From the NCBI GenBank assembly GCA_049512315.1, contig JBEKXF010000013.1:1-64000 (forward strand): 64,000 nt of DNA, read 5' to 3'. Source of the DNA: Candidatus Aminicenantales bacterium (GTDB lineage: Bacteria > Acidobacteriota > Aminicenantia > Aminicenantales > Saccharicenantaceae). The translations under genes and the position numbers were made by a program. The notes under the pieces are model-generated. The model was given only the letters and a program-made list of their open reading frames with translations, did no database searches and had not been told where the DNA came from. This document shows, piece by piece, positions 27,054 through 38,800 of this stretch (positions are counted from its first letter, which is position 1; each line of letters starts with the position of its first letter).

Positions 27054-28379
27054 ATGAGGAAAAGAACCTGGCTCACGCTCCTCTTCGTGGCGACGTTCGC
27101 CCTCTCGCTTTCGGCGTCGTTCAAGAAAGAGGACGTCAAGGTCCATCAGCTCGAAAACGGGCTCAAGGTCCTGCTCGTCGAGGACCACAATATCCCCAAC
27201 ATCGCCCTCTACACGTTCTTCCGGGTCGGATCGCGCAACGAGCGGGCCGGCCTGACGGGCGTCTCGCACTTCATCGAGCACATGATGTTCAACGGAACGC
27301 CGAAGGTCGGGCCCGGCGAGTTCGACCGGCGCATGGAGTTCCGGGGCGGGTCCAACAACGCCTACACGGCCGACGACATGACGGCCTACACGGACTGGTT
27401 CCCCGCCGCCGCCCTGGAGGCCATGATCGAGATGGAGTCCGACCGGATGCAGGGATTGGCTTTCGTCCCCGAGGTCCTCGAGTCCGAGCGCGGCGTCGTC
27501 GCCTCCGAGCGCCGGGTGTCGGTCGAGAATAACAACGATTCCATCCTCAACGAGAACGTCCGGGCCACGGCCATCATGGCCCACTCTTACCACTGGGACG
27601 TCATCGGCTGGATGAGCGACATCCTGAGCTGGCGCCGGGACGAGATCATGGCGTATTACCGCACCTACTACGCGCCGAACAACGCCATCCTGGTCGTCGT
27701 CGGCGATTTCGAGCCGGCGAGAGCGCTCGACCTCATCAAGAAGTATTACGGGCCGATCAAGGCCTCGACCCCGCCGCCCCCGGTCACCACGACGGAGCCC
27801 CCGCAGATGGGCCCCAAGAGCGTCCTCATCCGGAAGGAAGCCCAGGCGCCGTCGTTCATGGTCGTCTGGCATGCCCCGAACGCCAAGGACGCGGACTTCC
27901 TGCCGCTTTCGATCCTGGCCAAGCCGCTCCTCGAGGGTGAGAGCAGCCGTCTCTATCGCCGCCTGGTCCGCGAAGAGCAGCTCGCGATCTACGTCGGCGG
28001 CGGGCCCCAGGAGACGATCGACCCCTTCCTCTTTACAATCGACGTCAAGCCCAGGCCCGGGGCCGATCTCGACAAGATCGACCGGGTCATCGAGGAGGAG
28101 CTGGCCAAGGTCAAGAGCGAGGGCATCACCCCGACGGAGTTCGAGAAGGCCCTGAACATCATCCGCAATGATTTCTACATGAGCCTTCAGACGATCTCCG
28201 GCATAGCCAACCAGCTCGGCTCGTCCGAGATCCTCTACGGCGATTTCAGCAGGCTCTTCACGGTCATGGACGACTACGTGGCCGTCAGGATCGGGAGGGT
28301 CCAGGAGGTCGCCAGGAAGTATTTTACCGAGAACAACAAGACCACCGGGAAGCTCATCCCCGAGGGAGGTGCCAAGTGA
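27054..28379 (+). CDS. Secreted M16B zinc peptidase, catalytic chain
   Basis: Signal peptide; VGSRNE...GVSHFIEHMMF (HxxEH), NAYT, ERGVVASER, YAPNNA. Confidence 0.9.
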   Translation: MRKRTWLTLLFVATFALSLSASFKKEDVKVHQLENGLKVLLVEDHNIPNIALYTFFRVGSRNERAGLTGVSHFIEHMMFNGTPKVGPGEFDRRMEFRGGSNNAYTADDMTAYTDWFPAAALEAMIEMESDRMQGLAFVPEVLESERGVVASERRVSVENNNDSILNENVRATAIMAHSYHWDVIGWMSDILSWRRDEIMAYYRTYYAPNNAILVVVGDFEPARALDLIKKYYGPIKASTPPPPVTTTEPPQMGPKSVLIRKEAQAPSFMVVWHAPNAKDADFLPLSILAKPLLEGESSRLYRRLVREEQLAIYVGGGPQETIDPFLFTIDVKPRPGADLDKIDRVIEEELAKVKSEGITPTEFEKALNIIRNDFYMSLQTISGIANQLGSSEILYGDFSRLFTVMDDYVAVRIGRVQEVARKYFTENNKTTGKLIPEGGAK

Positions 28380-29776
28380 GGACGCTCGCCCCGAAAATGC
28401 TCGCTTTCGCCTTGATCGCCGCCCTGGCCGCGCCCGCGCTCACGGCCGCGGCCGAACAGCTGCCCGCGCCCGAGAAGATCGTCCTCGGGAACGGGATCAC
28501 GGTCTATTACCTCAGGAACTCCGACCTGCCGATCGTCACTTTCAGGATGGTCATCCGGGGCGCCGGGTCGGCCTTCGAGTCGGCCGGGGCCGACGGAACG
28601 GCCAACCTGGCCGCGGCCTTGTTGATGAAGGGCACCACGAAAATGGACGCCGACGCGGTCGCCGAGGCCCTCGACTTCATGGGCGCGAGCCTGAACGTCT
28701 CGGCGGCCGACGAGTACTCCCAGGTCAGCGGGGATTCCCTTTCCCAGCACTTCCCGCGCCTCATGGAGATCGCCTCCGACTGCCTGACCGCTCCCTCCTT
28801 CAAGGATGAGGAATTCGTCAAGGAACGGGCCAGGAGGATCGACAGCCTCAAGGCCGCCAAGGACAATCCCGGGGCGGCGGTCCGCTACTATTTCCAGAAG
28901 GCCTATTTCGGCGGCCATCCGCTGGGCCACCTGGCCGCGGGCACGGAATCGTCCCTGAAAAAGATGACCGTCCAGGATGTCAAGAATTTCTACGGCCGGC
29001 ATTTCCGGCCCGACCGGTCGATCGCCGCGGTCGTAGGCGACATCGAAAAGGCGAAGCTCATGTCGCTTCTCGAATCGACCGTCGGCCGCTGGACGAATCC
29101 CGCCGGTCCGGCTCCCTCGGACGTTATCCCCGCCCTGCCCAAGCCGAAGGGCAAGAAACTCGTCCTCATCGACAAGCCCGACGCCACCCAGGCCTATTTC
29201 GTCCTGGGCGCAACCGGTTACCCCATGGGCGATAAGCTGACGCCCCAGGCGGCGGTCATGAACACCCTCTGGGGCGGCCGCTTCACGTCCTGGCTGAACA
29301 CCGAGCTCCGGATCAAGCGCGGCCTGACCTACGGCGCCTCGAGCTCGTTCCGGACCTGGGTCGCCGGAGGAATCTTCCAAGCCAGCTCCTACACGAAGAA
29401 CGACAAGATCGCCGAGATGCTCGACATCACCTTCGGCCTGCTCAACAAGGGGGCCAAGGAGGGTTTCGGGGCCGAAGAGATCGAAAGCAGCCGCAACTAC
29501 ATCCAGGGCCAGTTCCCGCCGACCTTGGAGACAAATTCCAGCAAGGCCGGGGCTTACGTCCGCCTGGCCTTCTACAAGCTCGGCTTCGACTATTACGACA
29601 AGTACCTGGCCGAAATCGGGAGCGTTTCAGCCGAGACGGCCAAGGCGGCGGCCGCGGCGCTCCTGCCCGGGAATGATTACGTCCTGGTCGTCGTGGGCAA
29701 GGCGGCGGACATCCGCCCCCTGCTTCAAAAGTACGGGGCCTGGGAGGAAAAGAAGATCACGGACCCCGATTTTTAG
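28376..29776 (+). CDS. Secreted M16B peptidase, non-catalytic partner chain
   Basis: Signal peptide; no HxxEH (GTANLAAALL); R/Y pair ELRIKRGLTYG; GTGA overlap. Confidence 0.85.
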   Translation: MRTLAPKMLAFALIAALAAPALTAAAEQLPAPEKIVLGNGITVYYLRNSDLPIVTFRMVIRGAGSAFESAGADGTANLAAALLMKGTTKMDADAVAEALDFMGASLNVSAADEYSQVSGDSLSQHFPRLMEIASDCLTAPSFKDEEFVKERARRIDSLKAAKDNPGAAVRYYFQKAYFGGHPLGHLAAGTESSLKKMTVQDVKNFYGRHFRPDRSIAAVVGDIEKAKLMSLLESTVGRWTNPAGPAPSDVIPALPKPKGKKLVLIDKPDATQAYFVLGATGYPMGDKLTPQAAVMNTLWGGRFTSWLNTELRIKRGLTYGASSSFRTWVAGGIFQASSYTKNDKIAEMLDITFGLLNKGAKEGFGAEEIESSRNYIQGQFPPTLETNSSKAGAYVRLAFYKLGFDYYDKYLAEIGSVSAETAKAAAAALLPGNDYVLVVVGKAADIRPLLQKYGAWEEKKITDPDF

Positions 29777-29855
29777 GCAGGGCATTTGCCAGGGCGGGAG
29801 TCGGGGCGTAAAATGGATTCCTTAAAGGACTCTCGCTCTTAAGGAGCAGACGCCG

Positions 29856-30716
29856 ATGAACAAGCGTGCCGCCCTGGCTTCGATCCTAGCCCTATTTTTC
29901 TGGACGGCCCTCTCGCCGGCCCAGACTGAAAAGGTCGCGCTCCGCTTCGGTCCTCCGGCGGGGGCGGGCCTGACGTATTCCGTGAGCGGCCAGGTCAGCG
30001 TCAGCGGCAAGGACCTTCTCGGCAAGGACCTGGCCCTGAACGCGGATGCCCAGGGGCAATTCCACTTCAGTTTCATGAATTCGGCCCGCGACACGGTCCA
30101 GGCCGGCCTGACCAGCCCCGGGATCGACGTCCGGGCCCAGCTCCCCGACCGGACGCAGACCCAAACCCTGAGAACGCGCGAGGGGAAGACCCTCGAGGTC
30201 GTGTTCAACCGCACGGGCAAGGTCATGGACATCCGCAACCCCGAAGCCCTGGAGCAGGAGAACGTGCTGAATTTTTCCATCCCCCAGATCCTCCGCGACT
30301 ATTTCCCGGCCTTTCCCGCCGATCCGGTCAGCCCCGGCGACCAATGGCGGGAGAGCCGACGTCTGACCGTCCCGTATCAGGGGCTGGACATCGTGGTCGA
30401 CCTGGCCATCGAATACACCCTGAACGACATCCTCCCATCGTCGGAAGGCCGAAAGGCCATCGTCTCGGCCGTCTACACGGCCACCGTCTCGGGTGCCAAA
30501 AACCTGGGAGAGTCGCTGGGTGTTTTCGAGGGCAAGGGGACGGGCACGGGCTACCTGAACTTCCTGGTCGACCGCGGTTGCTTCACCGAATATCGCCTGG
30601 ATTTCAAGACGGACGCCGCCTTTGTCATGAAGAAAGGGACCAAGCGGCTGTTGGAATGGCCCTTCACCTTCTCTGTCCTGGCCGAGATCAACCTCGTCGC
30701 CACCGACGGGATCTGA
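29856..30716 (+). CDS. Hypothetical secreted beta-rich protein
   Basis: SD TAAGGAG, signal peptide, genome-like codon use; FPADPVSPGDQW motif; no family recognised. Confidence 0.65.
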   Translation: MNKRAALASILALFFWTALSPAQTEKVALRFGPPAGAGLTYSVSGQVSVSGKDLLGKDLALNADAQGQFHFSFMNSARDTVQAGLTSPGIDVRAQLPDRTQTQTLRTREGKTLEVVFNRTGKVMDIRNPEALEQENVLNFSIPQILRDYFPAFPADPVSPGDQWRESRRLTVPYQGLDIVVDLAIEYTLNDILPSSEGRKAIVSAVYTATVSGAKNLGESLGVFEGKGTGTGYLNFLVDRGCFTEYRLDFKTDAAFVMKKGTKRLLEWPFTFSVLAEINLVATDGI

Positions 30717-30755
30717 ATCGGCCGGGCCTGCCGGCGGGAATATTTCCCCCTCCTC

Positions 30756-30784
30756 TTGAATTTTCCGACCGGGGGGCGTATTAT
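30756..30784 (+). promoter_or_regulatory. Putative sigma70 promoter for riboswitch-metK
   Basis: TTGAAT (30756-30761), 17 bp, TATTAT (30779-30784), placing the start site just before the aptamer. Confidence 0.65.
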
Positions 30785-30793
30785 TTTTTTTTG

Positions 30794-30913
30794 ACATCAG
30801 GAGAGGTCCGGTCCTGGCGGATCGGACCCGGCAACCTGGGGCGGACACCCGAGGTGCTCACTCGCCAGCGGCGAGGATGTGGTCGCGAAAGCGAAAGCGG
30901 CAACCAAGTGTCC
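30794..30913 (+). ncRNA. SAM riboswitch, SAM-I/IV-like architecture
   Basis: P1 ACATC/GATGT; core ATC-AGGAG, CGGCAACC and GGTGCT; P2 GGTCCGGTCC/GGATCGGACC; P4 TCGCC/GGCGA; L3 GGACAC (30843-48) complementary to 3' GTGTCC (30908-13); directly upstream of metK. Confidence 0.85.
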
Positions 30914-30924
30914 AACGGCCGAAG

Positions 30925-30960
30925 ACCCGCTCTCCTGGTGAAGGAGGAGCGGGTTTTTTT
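30925..30960 (+). terminator. Intrinsic terminator (riboswitch expression platform)
   Basis: ACCCGCTCTCCT-GGTGA-AGGAGGAGCGGGT followed by T-run. Confidence 0.85.
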
Positions 30961-31039
30961 GTGGCCGGTCTGAAGCCGCGGCCCATTCCTCCCCCCGAGC
31001 GAGCTCCGAGACACCGGGCGTTCCGGAAAGGAGGCTGTG

Positions 31040-32245
31040 ATGGCCAAAGATTTTGTTTTCACTTCTGAGTCCGTGTCCGAAGGCCATCCCGACAAGATGG
31101 CCGATCTCATCTCCGACGCCTTTCTCGACGCGGTCCTCGCCCGGGACCCTTACGGCAAAGTCGCCTGCGAAACCCTCGTCACGAAGAACGTCGCCGTGAT
31201 CGCCGGAGAGTTCCGGACCACCGCGAAATTCGACCCTGTCTCCATCGTCCGTGAAACCGCCCGGGAGATCGGGTACCACGACCCCCTGATCGGCTTCGAT
31301 GCGGACACCTGCGAGGTCCATACCTATCTCGGCCAGCAGTCGGCCGACATCGCCCGCGGCGTCGACCAGGCCAACGGCGAGGTCGGGGCCGGCGACCAGG
31401 GCTTGATGTTCGGCTACGCGACGACCGAAACTCCCGAGCTCATGCCCCTGCCCATCCGCCTCGCCCACCGGCTCGTCCAGAGACAGGCCGAAGTCCGCAA
31501 GAGCGGCCTCCTCTCCTGGCTTCGGCCCGACGCCAAGTCCCAGGTCTCGGTCCGCTACAGGGACAAGCGGCCCGTGGCCGTTGAAAAGGTCGTCCTGTCG
31601 ACGCAGCACGCCCACGACGTCAAGGACAAGACGCTCCGTGAAGGCGTCATCGCCGAGATCATCGAAAAAGTCATCCCGGCCGAGCTCAGGCCTGGGAACA
31701 TCCAATACCTCGTCAACCCGACGGGCCGCTTCGTCATCGGCGGACCCATGGGAGACACGGGCCTGACGGGCCGCAAGATCATCGTCGACACGTACGGCGG
31801 CAGCTGCCCCCACGGCGGCGGGGCCTTCTCGGGCAAGGACCCGACCAAGGTCGACCGCTCGGCGGCGTACACGGCCCGCTACATCGCCAAGAACATCGTC
31901 GCGGCCGGCCTCGCCGACCATTGCACGATCCAGCTGGCCTACGTGATCGGCGTTGTCGAACCCTTCTCGGTCATGGTCAACATCCACAGCGGCGCGAAGG
32001 TGAGCGAGGCGGCCATCGAGAAGGCCGTGCGCTCGATCTTCGACCTCACGCCCGCCGGGATGATCAAGATGCTCGACCTGCGCCGGCCTATCTACAAGAA
32101 GACGGCGGCCTACGGTCACTTCGGACGTGAGCTCCCCGATTTCACCTGGGAGCGGACCGACAAGGTCCGGGAGTTGCGGTCGTATTTCGGCTACGAGAGC
32201 CTGGGGCCCCGCCGGTCAACCGATGCGGACCCACGTCCGGTATGA
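31040..32245 (+). CDS. metK: S-adenosylmethionine synthetase
   Basis: [56 protein letters not shown]. Confidence 0.97.
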   Translation: MAKDFVFTSESVSEGHPDKMADLISDAFLDAVLARDPYGKVACETLVTKNVAVIAGEFRTTAKFDPVSIVRETAREIGYHDPLIGFDADTCEVHTYLGQQSADIARGVDQANGEVGAGDQGLMFGYATTETPELMPLPIRLAHRLVQRQAEVRKSGLLSWLRPDAKSQVSVRYRDKRPVAVEKVVLSTQHAHDVKDKTLREGVIAEIIEKVIPAELRPGNIQYLVNPTGRFVIGGPMGDTGLTGRKIIVDTYGGSCPHGGGAFSGKDPTKVDRSAAYTARYIAKNIVAAGLADHCTIQLAYVIGVVEPFSVMVNIHSGAKVSEAAIEKAVRSIFDLTPAGMIKMLDLRRPIYKKTAAYGHFGRELPDFTWERTDKVRELRSYFGYESLGPRRSTDADPRPV

Positions 32246-35200
32246 GGTGAAGTAGAGCCCCGATTCTTTCACCCGCTGACCGGTGATCTTTTCCCAAAAC
32301 CTCCCGTAAAGCTCCACCTGGGGGCGGTAATAATCCACGAGTCCGGCGAACGCTTCCTTCGATCCTCCGCTGCCCCCTCCGGGCACAGAGTCGTCGAGCT
32401 TGTCGGTCTTGTAGTCGGCGATGACCCAGCCGTCGCTCTCGAGGAAGGCCAGGTCGATGGCGCCTGAGAGAAAGAGCGGCGCTCCCTTCGCCGGCGCGAC
32501 GGGCTTTCCCCCGGCCGACGCCAGGAGTCCGGGTCTGGACACGAGGTCCGCGTATTCGGGGTCCCCCGGCCCCGTTTTGACCGTGAACGGAACCTCGAAA
32601 AATCTCCTTTCCGATGCCATGGCCCTGGCCCAGAAATCGGAAGCGAGGATCTCTCGGACGAGGCTCACGAGCTTGTCCTCGTCCGCAGGGGGGATGCCGG
32701 CGGACTCGAGCGCGTTCAGGGCGAGCAGGGCCAGCGTCGCTTCCGGAAATTCCGCTTTCCCGCCATTCTGACCCCCGGAGTCCCCGGCCTTGCCGAGGGC
32801 GCTCAAAAGGGCGTGGACGGCGGTCCCCCACCTCATGCCCAGGCCGCCGGCGGCCCACTCCGGCGATTCCCGGTCCCGCTTGGCCAGGGAGGTCACGCTC
32901 TCGAGCAAGTACGAAGCGACGGAGGCGGTCCCTCTCTTGGCCATGATCTCCAGTCGACCCTTGCGCACCTCTTCCGGCTTCAGGACGAGCTTCCCGCGGG
33001 CCGGGCGGACGGCCCCCGGTGAGGGCCGCTCGAGCTCGGGGAGGTCTCCCATCCCGTCCTCAAGCCCGCCCCAGGCCCGCTTCCCGCCCAGGTCGCCCTC
33101 ATAGGCGCTGATGACGAGCAGGTCCCGGGCCCGGGTCGCCGCGACATACATGAGCCTGTCGTCTTCCGCGGCTTCATATTTTTTCTCTTCGGCCGCCTTC
33201 TCGTCCCAGCCCGCCGGATGGGAGACGGGTGTGCCGTGCCAGGCGGATCTTTTCTCGAAGAGGAAATAGCCGAGCGGGGCCGAAGGGCCGCTCTTGTCGG
33301 GAGACGGGCTCTCCTCTCCCGGCGGTCCGGTCCGGACGATGTGCTTCTCCGGCTCGTGGTCCGGGACTCCGGCGGGGTTGGCCAGGATGACGACCGGCGC
33401 CTCGAGCCCCTTGGCTTTGTGAAGGTTCATAAGACGGACCGCATTCCGGCGGCCCGGAGTCAGGCTCATCTCCTCGACGGCCTGCGCCCCGACCCAGTCC
33501 CTGATGAAATCGGCGACCGCCGCAAACGACGTCAGGCCCTCCGTCTCCAGGTTGCGGACGACCTCGACCAGCTTGAGGACGTTGCCGGCCCGGCTGCTTC
33601 CCATTTCGGACGAAACGAGGTCGTTGAGGAGTCCCGACCTCTCGAGGACCATCTCCAGGACGGCCGACGGCGGGAATTTCATCGTCCACTGACGCCATTC
33701 GTGGAGCGTCCGGAGGGCCCGGCGGACCTTGCCGTCCCCCTCTCCGCCCGGCGCCGCTTCCCCGGCGACCGTGAGCTTGCCGTTCCGGGTCCGCTGGTCC
33801 AGGAGCTCCTGGTCGCTCACCCCGAAGAAAATCCCCCGCAGGACGGCGATGGCGGCCACCGGATTGGCCGGGTCCCTGAGGGCCTGAAGAAGGTTCGCGA
33901 TCTCGCCGATCTCGTCGCTCGACACGAACGCATCGCTCCCGGAGATCTCGAACGGAACGCCGCGGTCCTCGAGCTCCCTGGCGTAGACCTCCATATTCTT
34001 CTTGTAGCGGAAGAGGACCAGAACGTCGCCCGGCCCCGCGGGTCGGTCCCCGTCCCGGCCCGTGGCGATCCTGAGGCCTCCCGAGGACGCCCAGGCGACG
34101 AATTCGGCGAGCCGGCGGGCGTCCAGCCCGGCGATCTCTTTTTCTCTGTGGTATTTCACGGCGGGGACAGTCGCCTTGAACACCCCGGCCGCCGCCCCGG
34201 GGCAGCCTTCGCGCACAACCTCGAGGGGCGCGAAGCGGGCCTGGTAATCGTTGGGACCGGCTGGGAAAACGCCCTTGAAAACGGGGTTCACGCGGTCGGC
34301 GATGCAGGGCAGGGACCGGAAGTTCGCGGTGAGCTCGAGGACTTGGCCGCCTCCCTCCTTGATCCTGTTCTTGACCAGGTTGTAAATATCGATGTCCGCC
34401 CTCCGGAACCGGTAGATCGACTGCTTCGGGTCGCCGACGAGGAAGAGCGAGCCCGGCGCAGGGACGACGGCCGTCCAATCGCGCTCTTCCGGATCCCGCC
34501 CCGTGAGATAGAACAGGATCTCGGCCTGGATCGGGTCGGTATCCTGGAACTCGTCGACCAGGACCCGGCGGTATCGGGCCTGGAAATATCGGCGGACTTC
34601 GGGATTGTCCCGGAGGAGGCGGGACGTGAGCATCAGCTGGTCCGCAAAATTGAGCCGCGATCTCGCCCGGCGGGACGCGGCGTAAAACTCCGCCGCCGGG
34701 CCGAGGAACGCCAGGACCTTCGAGTGCCTGAATTCGCGCCAGGCCCGGAGGGCCGGGACGACGGTTTTCTCCCGAAATTCCTCGAAGGCGGCCGCCATGC
34801 CGTCCGCCTCCTCCTTGGACCGCCAGCGGTTCTTGGTGACCCCGGGAGACCGGTCGAAAAGCTCCACCGTCTCCATGAGGGCCCGATAATCCGAGAACCC
34901 CAAGTTCCTGCGGCGGAGAAGGACGCGGCGGATGAGCATCTGGAGGCCGTCATAGCCTTTCTCCCGCCGGCTGTCGAGGATCTTATCCGCGAGGGCCAGG
35001 AGGTTTCCGGCGGGGAGGGCCGCGACTTTTTGGCAGGCCTCGGCCAGAGCCTCACGGCTCACGCCCGTCCCCGCCAGCGCCGGGAGGGCGTCATCGTCCT
35101 CGAGCTGAACCATGACCAGTGTGTCGCGGGCCCGGTCGAGGAATGCGTTCAGGCTTGAACGCAGGGCCTCGTAATCGGGCGGCTCATCCCGCCCGGGGGC

Positions 35201-35812
35201 CAGCGCAACCTCGGGATAGACTGACAGGCTCTCGAACGCGTCCTTCAGGTCGTCCGGAAGGAGCCCCACCCCGTCCAAGTCGCGCAGGATGTCTTCGTCA
35301 TTGAGCCTGACCTCGAGGAGATACTCCGCCCAGCATTCCTCCCGGAAGAGGCTGTCCTCAAGGTCCTCCATCTCCTCGAATTCGGGGTCGATCCCCGCCT
35401 CGATGGGCCGCTCGCGGAGGAGTCTCGCGCAGAAGGAGTGGATGGTGCCGACAAACCCCTGTTCGAGGTTCCGGAGGGCGTCGCGGAGCCGGCCCCGCTC
35501 CTCGCCGGTCCATGACCCGTCCCCGGCTTGAAGGCCGGACTCGAGGGCGACCTGGAAACGGCCGCGGAGCTCGGCCGCGGCCTTGCGGGTGAAGGTCACG
35601 GCGGCCAGGGTCTGGATGGTCGTCCGGCCCGAGGCGATGAGGGCGACCATCCGCTCGACGAGGCTCTGGGTCTTTCCCGAGCCCGCGCCGGCTTCGACGA
35701 GGAACGTCGTGTCCAGGTCGCCGCGGATCCGGTCCCTGGCGGCCTGGTCGGGGGGAACGCGGGGAGGAGCTCCCCGGCCCGGGGTGGACGCCTGTCCCTT
35801 CTTTTTAGTCAT
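32216..35812 (-). CDS. addA: UvrD-like SF1 helicase-nuclease, AddA-like
   Basis: [59 protein letters not shown]-terminal GAIDL...DYKT..Q..LY nuclease. Confidence 0.85.
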   Translation of the reverse strand: MTKKKGQASTPGRGAPPRVPPDQAARDRIRGDLDTTFLVEAGAGSGKTQSLVERMVALIASGRTTIQTLAAVTFTRKAAAELRGRFQVALESGLQAGDGSWTGEERGRLRDALRNLEQGFVGTIHSFCARLLRERPIEAGIDPEFEEMEDLEDSLFREECWAEYLLEVRLNDEDILRDLDGVGLLPDDLKDAFESLSVYPEVALAPGRDEPPDYEALRSSLNAFLDRARDTLVMVQLEDDDALPALAGTGVSREALAEACQKVAALPAGNLLALADKILDSRREKGYDGLQMLIRRVLLRRRNLGFSDYRALMETVELFDRSPGVTKNRWRSKEEADGMAAAFEEFREKTVVPALRAWREFRHSKVLAFLGPAAEFYAASRRARSRLNFADQLMLTSRLLRDNPEVRRYFQARYRRVLVDEFQDTDPIQAEILFYLTGRDPEERDWTAVVPAPGSLFLVGDPKQSIYRFRRADIDIYNLVKNRIKEGGGQVLELTANFRSLPCIADRVNPVFKGVFPAGPNDYQARFAPLEVVREGCPGAAAGVFKATVPAVKYHREKEIAGLDARRLAEFVAWASSGGLRIATGRDGDRPAGPGDVLVLFRYKKNMEVYARELEDRGVPFEISGSDAFVSSDEIGEIANLLQALRDPANPVAAIAVLRGIFFGVSDQELLDQRTRNGKLTVAGEAAPGGEGDGKVRRALRTLHEWRQWTMKFPPSAVLEMVLERSGLLNDLVSSEMGSSRAGNVLKLVEVVRNLETEGLTSFAAVADFIRDWVGAQAVEEMSLTPGRRNAVRLMNLHKAKGLEAPVVILANPAGVPDHEPEKHIVRTGPPGEESPSPDKSGPSAPLGYFLFEKRSAWHGTPVSHPAGWDEKAAEEKKYEAAEDDRLMYVAATRARDLLVISAYEGDLGGKRAWGGLEDGMGDLPELERPSPGAVRPARGKLVLKPEEVRKGRLEIMAKRGTASVASYLLESVTSLAKRDRESPEWAAGGLGMRWGTAVHALLSALGKAGDSGGQNGGKAEFPEATLALLALNALESAGIPPADEDKLVSLVREILASDFWARAMASERRFFEVPFTVKTGPGDPEYADLVSRPGLLASAGGKPVAPAKGAPLFLSGAIDLAFLESDGWVIADYKTDKLDDSVPGGGSGGSKEAFAGLVDYYRPQVELYGRFWEKITGQRVKESGLYFTSYRTWVRIG

Positions 35813-38800
35813 AGGACTTCAGCCTGTCGAGGGCCTCGAAGATCTTTCGGTTGGCCTCGGCCTTTCGTTTCATCTCCGCCGGCGCGCCGCCGCAGACGGC
35901 GGCGAAGTCACAGAAGTCGCAGCTCGCCTCGGGCCCGGCGACGAAATAGCCTTTGGCCACGAGGGTCAGGAGGTCGCCGAGGAGGCCGGCGAATCTCCTG
36001 CGGTCGAACTCGTCAACCATGATCTCCCGGCCCTCGCCCCGCCGCGTCGGGAAATAGTAGCCGCTCTGGACGACGCGGGCCGGCCGGCCGGATTTCTCCG
36101 CCGGAAGGAACTTCTCGGCCGCAATGGCGTAGAGGGCATGCTGAATGACTTTCCCGCGTCCGAAGGCCACGAATTTTTCGTAGGCCGTGGAACCCCCGGT
36201 CTTGTAATCCACGATCCTGTAGGCCCCGGGGCCCGTCCGGTCGATCCTGTCGATGAAGCCGCGAAGGACAAAAAATGAACGGCGTCCCGGCTGGCTCCCG
36301 AGATCGATCTCGATGCCTTCGAAGCGCTTCTCGAACTCGAGGGGCTCGACGTTCCCGGGCCGCTTGGCCTCGACTTCGAGGAAAATCGCCAGGGATTCCA
36401 TCATGTCCCGCATTTCCTTCTCGAAGATCCCCTCGGACGGCGGCGGGATCTCGCGCTTCATGTCCAGGATCAGGCGGGACGCGATGTCCTTCATCAGCGA
36501 GGCGTGACGGGCCGGGTCGACCCGCTCCCTTTTCTCGGTGACCGCGGTCATGAAGCTGAAGAGGATCTCGTGGAGAAGACTGCCGCGGGCCATCGGGTCG
36601 AGCCACCGGGACGGGTCGCGCTCGAGCTCGTCGGGAGGCTCGATGCCCAAAATGTACCGGAGGAAATAGCCGTAGGGGCACTTGGCGAGACTCTCCAGGC
36701 GCGAAGCCGACAGACTGAGCGCGTGGTTCACGAGCGGGTCGTAACGTTGCCTGTCGACGGACACGATCCCCTCGAAAGCGGTCAGGGTGTCGCTCTCGCG
36801 GGCTTCGACGGCCGTGATCCCGTTCGCCAGGTCCGGAAAATTGGCCCGGACAGCGGCCAGCCCGTCGAGGAGCTTGCCGTTGTGGGAGAGGCGGCCGAGC
36901 CACCAGTCCATCTCGTCGAAGACTTTGTCCAAGCCGTCGGGAAGGAATCCGGCGGCCTCGGGGAGGGCCGCCTCGAGGTTCGAATAATCGAGCTCCGCGT
37001 CCCCCCGGATGAGGCGGTGGACCTGGAGAACAAGAGAGGACGGGAAAGAGGCCCGCTCCTCGATGATGTTATAGGAGGGGTAGCTGAAGATCACCCGGCC
37101 GCGGAGCGAGGCGAGCAGGGCGGCCATGGAATAGAGGCTCTCCCGGAGGGCGTCCGCGGTGGTCGGGAGCGAGGGCGACAGGCGCTCGCGTTCGGCGTCG
37201 AGGAGGACCGGGTCCTGGAGGCCGTGTCCCGGGAAATCGGTGTCCTCGAGCCCCACGAGGAAGGTCACGGGACGGCCCGAGTATCCGCCCGAATGATGAT
37301 CCGACAAGTGCAAGTGTCCGGGGAGTGGCGAGGAGGCGCCGACCGTGAGTGAAGAGCCGAGCGTGCGCAGTCTTTCGATCGCCTCTTCCAGCACGATGGG
37401 CCCGGCCGGGGGAGCATCGTCGCCGGTGCTGATGCGCCGGAGCTCTTCGGCGATGGCGTCGAGGGCTTCCCGGTCGAACTCGGGGCCGGCCCGGCGGACG
37501 GAGGGAAGGCGGACGGAGCTCCGGATCGCGGCCAGGAGCCCCTCGCAGAAACCCCGGAAATCCACGGCTTCCTTCGGCCTGATATCCGGGATGAGGGCCA
37601 GGAATTCGCCAACGCTTGCCACGAGTCCGTCGATCTCCGCGATGCTCCGGCGGAACGTTTCGGCCTTCGCCTCCGTCTCCTCGGCTTCCTCGCCGTGAGG
37701 AGCGGCGCTGAGCCTGGTTTCGAACGTCTCCCGGAGGGTCCGGAGCCGGTCGATATACCGCTCCCGCCCCCAGCCGATCCCGGAGGCTTTCAAATAGCCG
37801 CTGACCGTCAGGGGCGCCGGAGACTTGTCTTCGCGGCCGCCCGGGAACTCGAAATCCCCGGCTTCGATCAAGCGGCAAAGGTCAGAAACGAGGAAGCTCC
37901 TCTCGATCCAGTCGAGAAGGCCGAAATAGACGCGGCCGGGCGCCGTGAACGCGAGCGGGATCCCGCCGGCAAGCGTCACGGGGAGCCCGGTCCGGGCCGC
38001 CAGGACGTGGAAGACCGCCGAGTGGGGAGCGCCGGGCGGATGGATGATCTCGACCCGGTCGTAAGCGATTTTTTCCGCCATGATCCGGCGCAGGACCTCC
38101 CGGCACTCGTTGGTGTGGCCGACCGCCCGGAAGATCTCGACCGAGCCGTCGCCGACCGGAGGCGGGGCGGCCTGGGGGGCGAAAAGCCAGGGCAGCCGCT
38201 CGACGTCCGAGGCCGGGGCCGCGGGCGGCGTTGTGTTCGGAGAATCCTGCCCCCATGGGCGGCTCGGCGGCTCGAGACCCACGACCGGGTCGCGCGGGAC
38301 GCGGACCACCCTCAGGCCGGCCCGAGCCTGGACAAGCTCCCGCTCGAGCCGGCTCAGGGAATGGTCTTCGAGGCAGAGGACCCAGGCCGGGGCGGGATCT
38401 TGCATCCTCCCGAGGGCGAAGAGGTAGAGGCCCGGGAGGTCGAGGGCGTTCGTCGACTCGAGCAGCTCCTCGTACCGTCCGAGCAGCCGGGCCATGTCCC
38501 GGCCCTTGGCCGCGACAACGAAGCTCCCTGACTCGAGGGCGGAGCTTGAGATCTTGGCCAGTCTCAGCGACTCGATGGCCCGGTAAACGGCCCGGACGAC
38601 GCCCGGCTTGGGGCTCAGCATGTTGAAATACTCCAGCCGTCCGCCTGACAGGAACTCACGGAACAAGCCGTCGACATGAACGAGGAGCTCTGTCGCGGAG
38701 AGCTGTTTTTTCCCGGCCCGGGCGAGCTCGACGGCCGCGGCATCGTGGGCCAGTGAAGGAAGGGTTACGAACCGGAGGTTAGCCCAGGCCTCGCCCGCGC

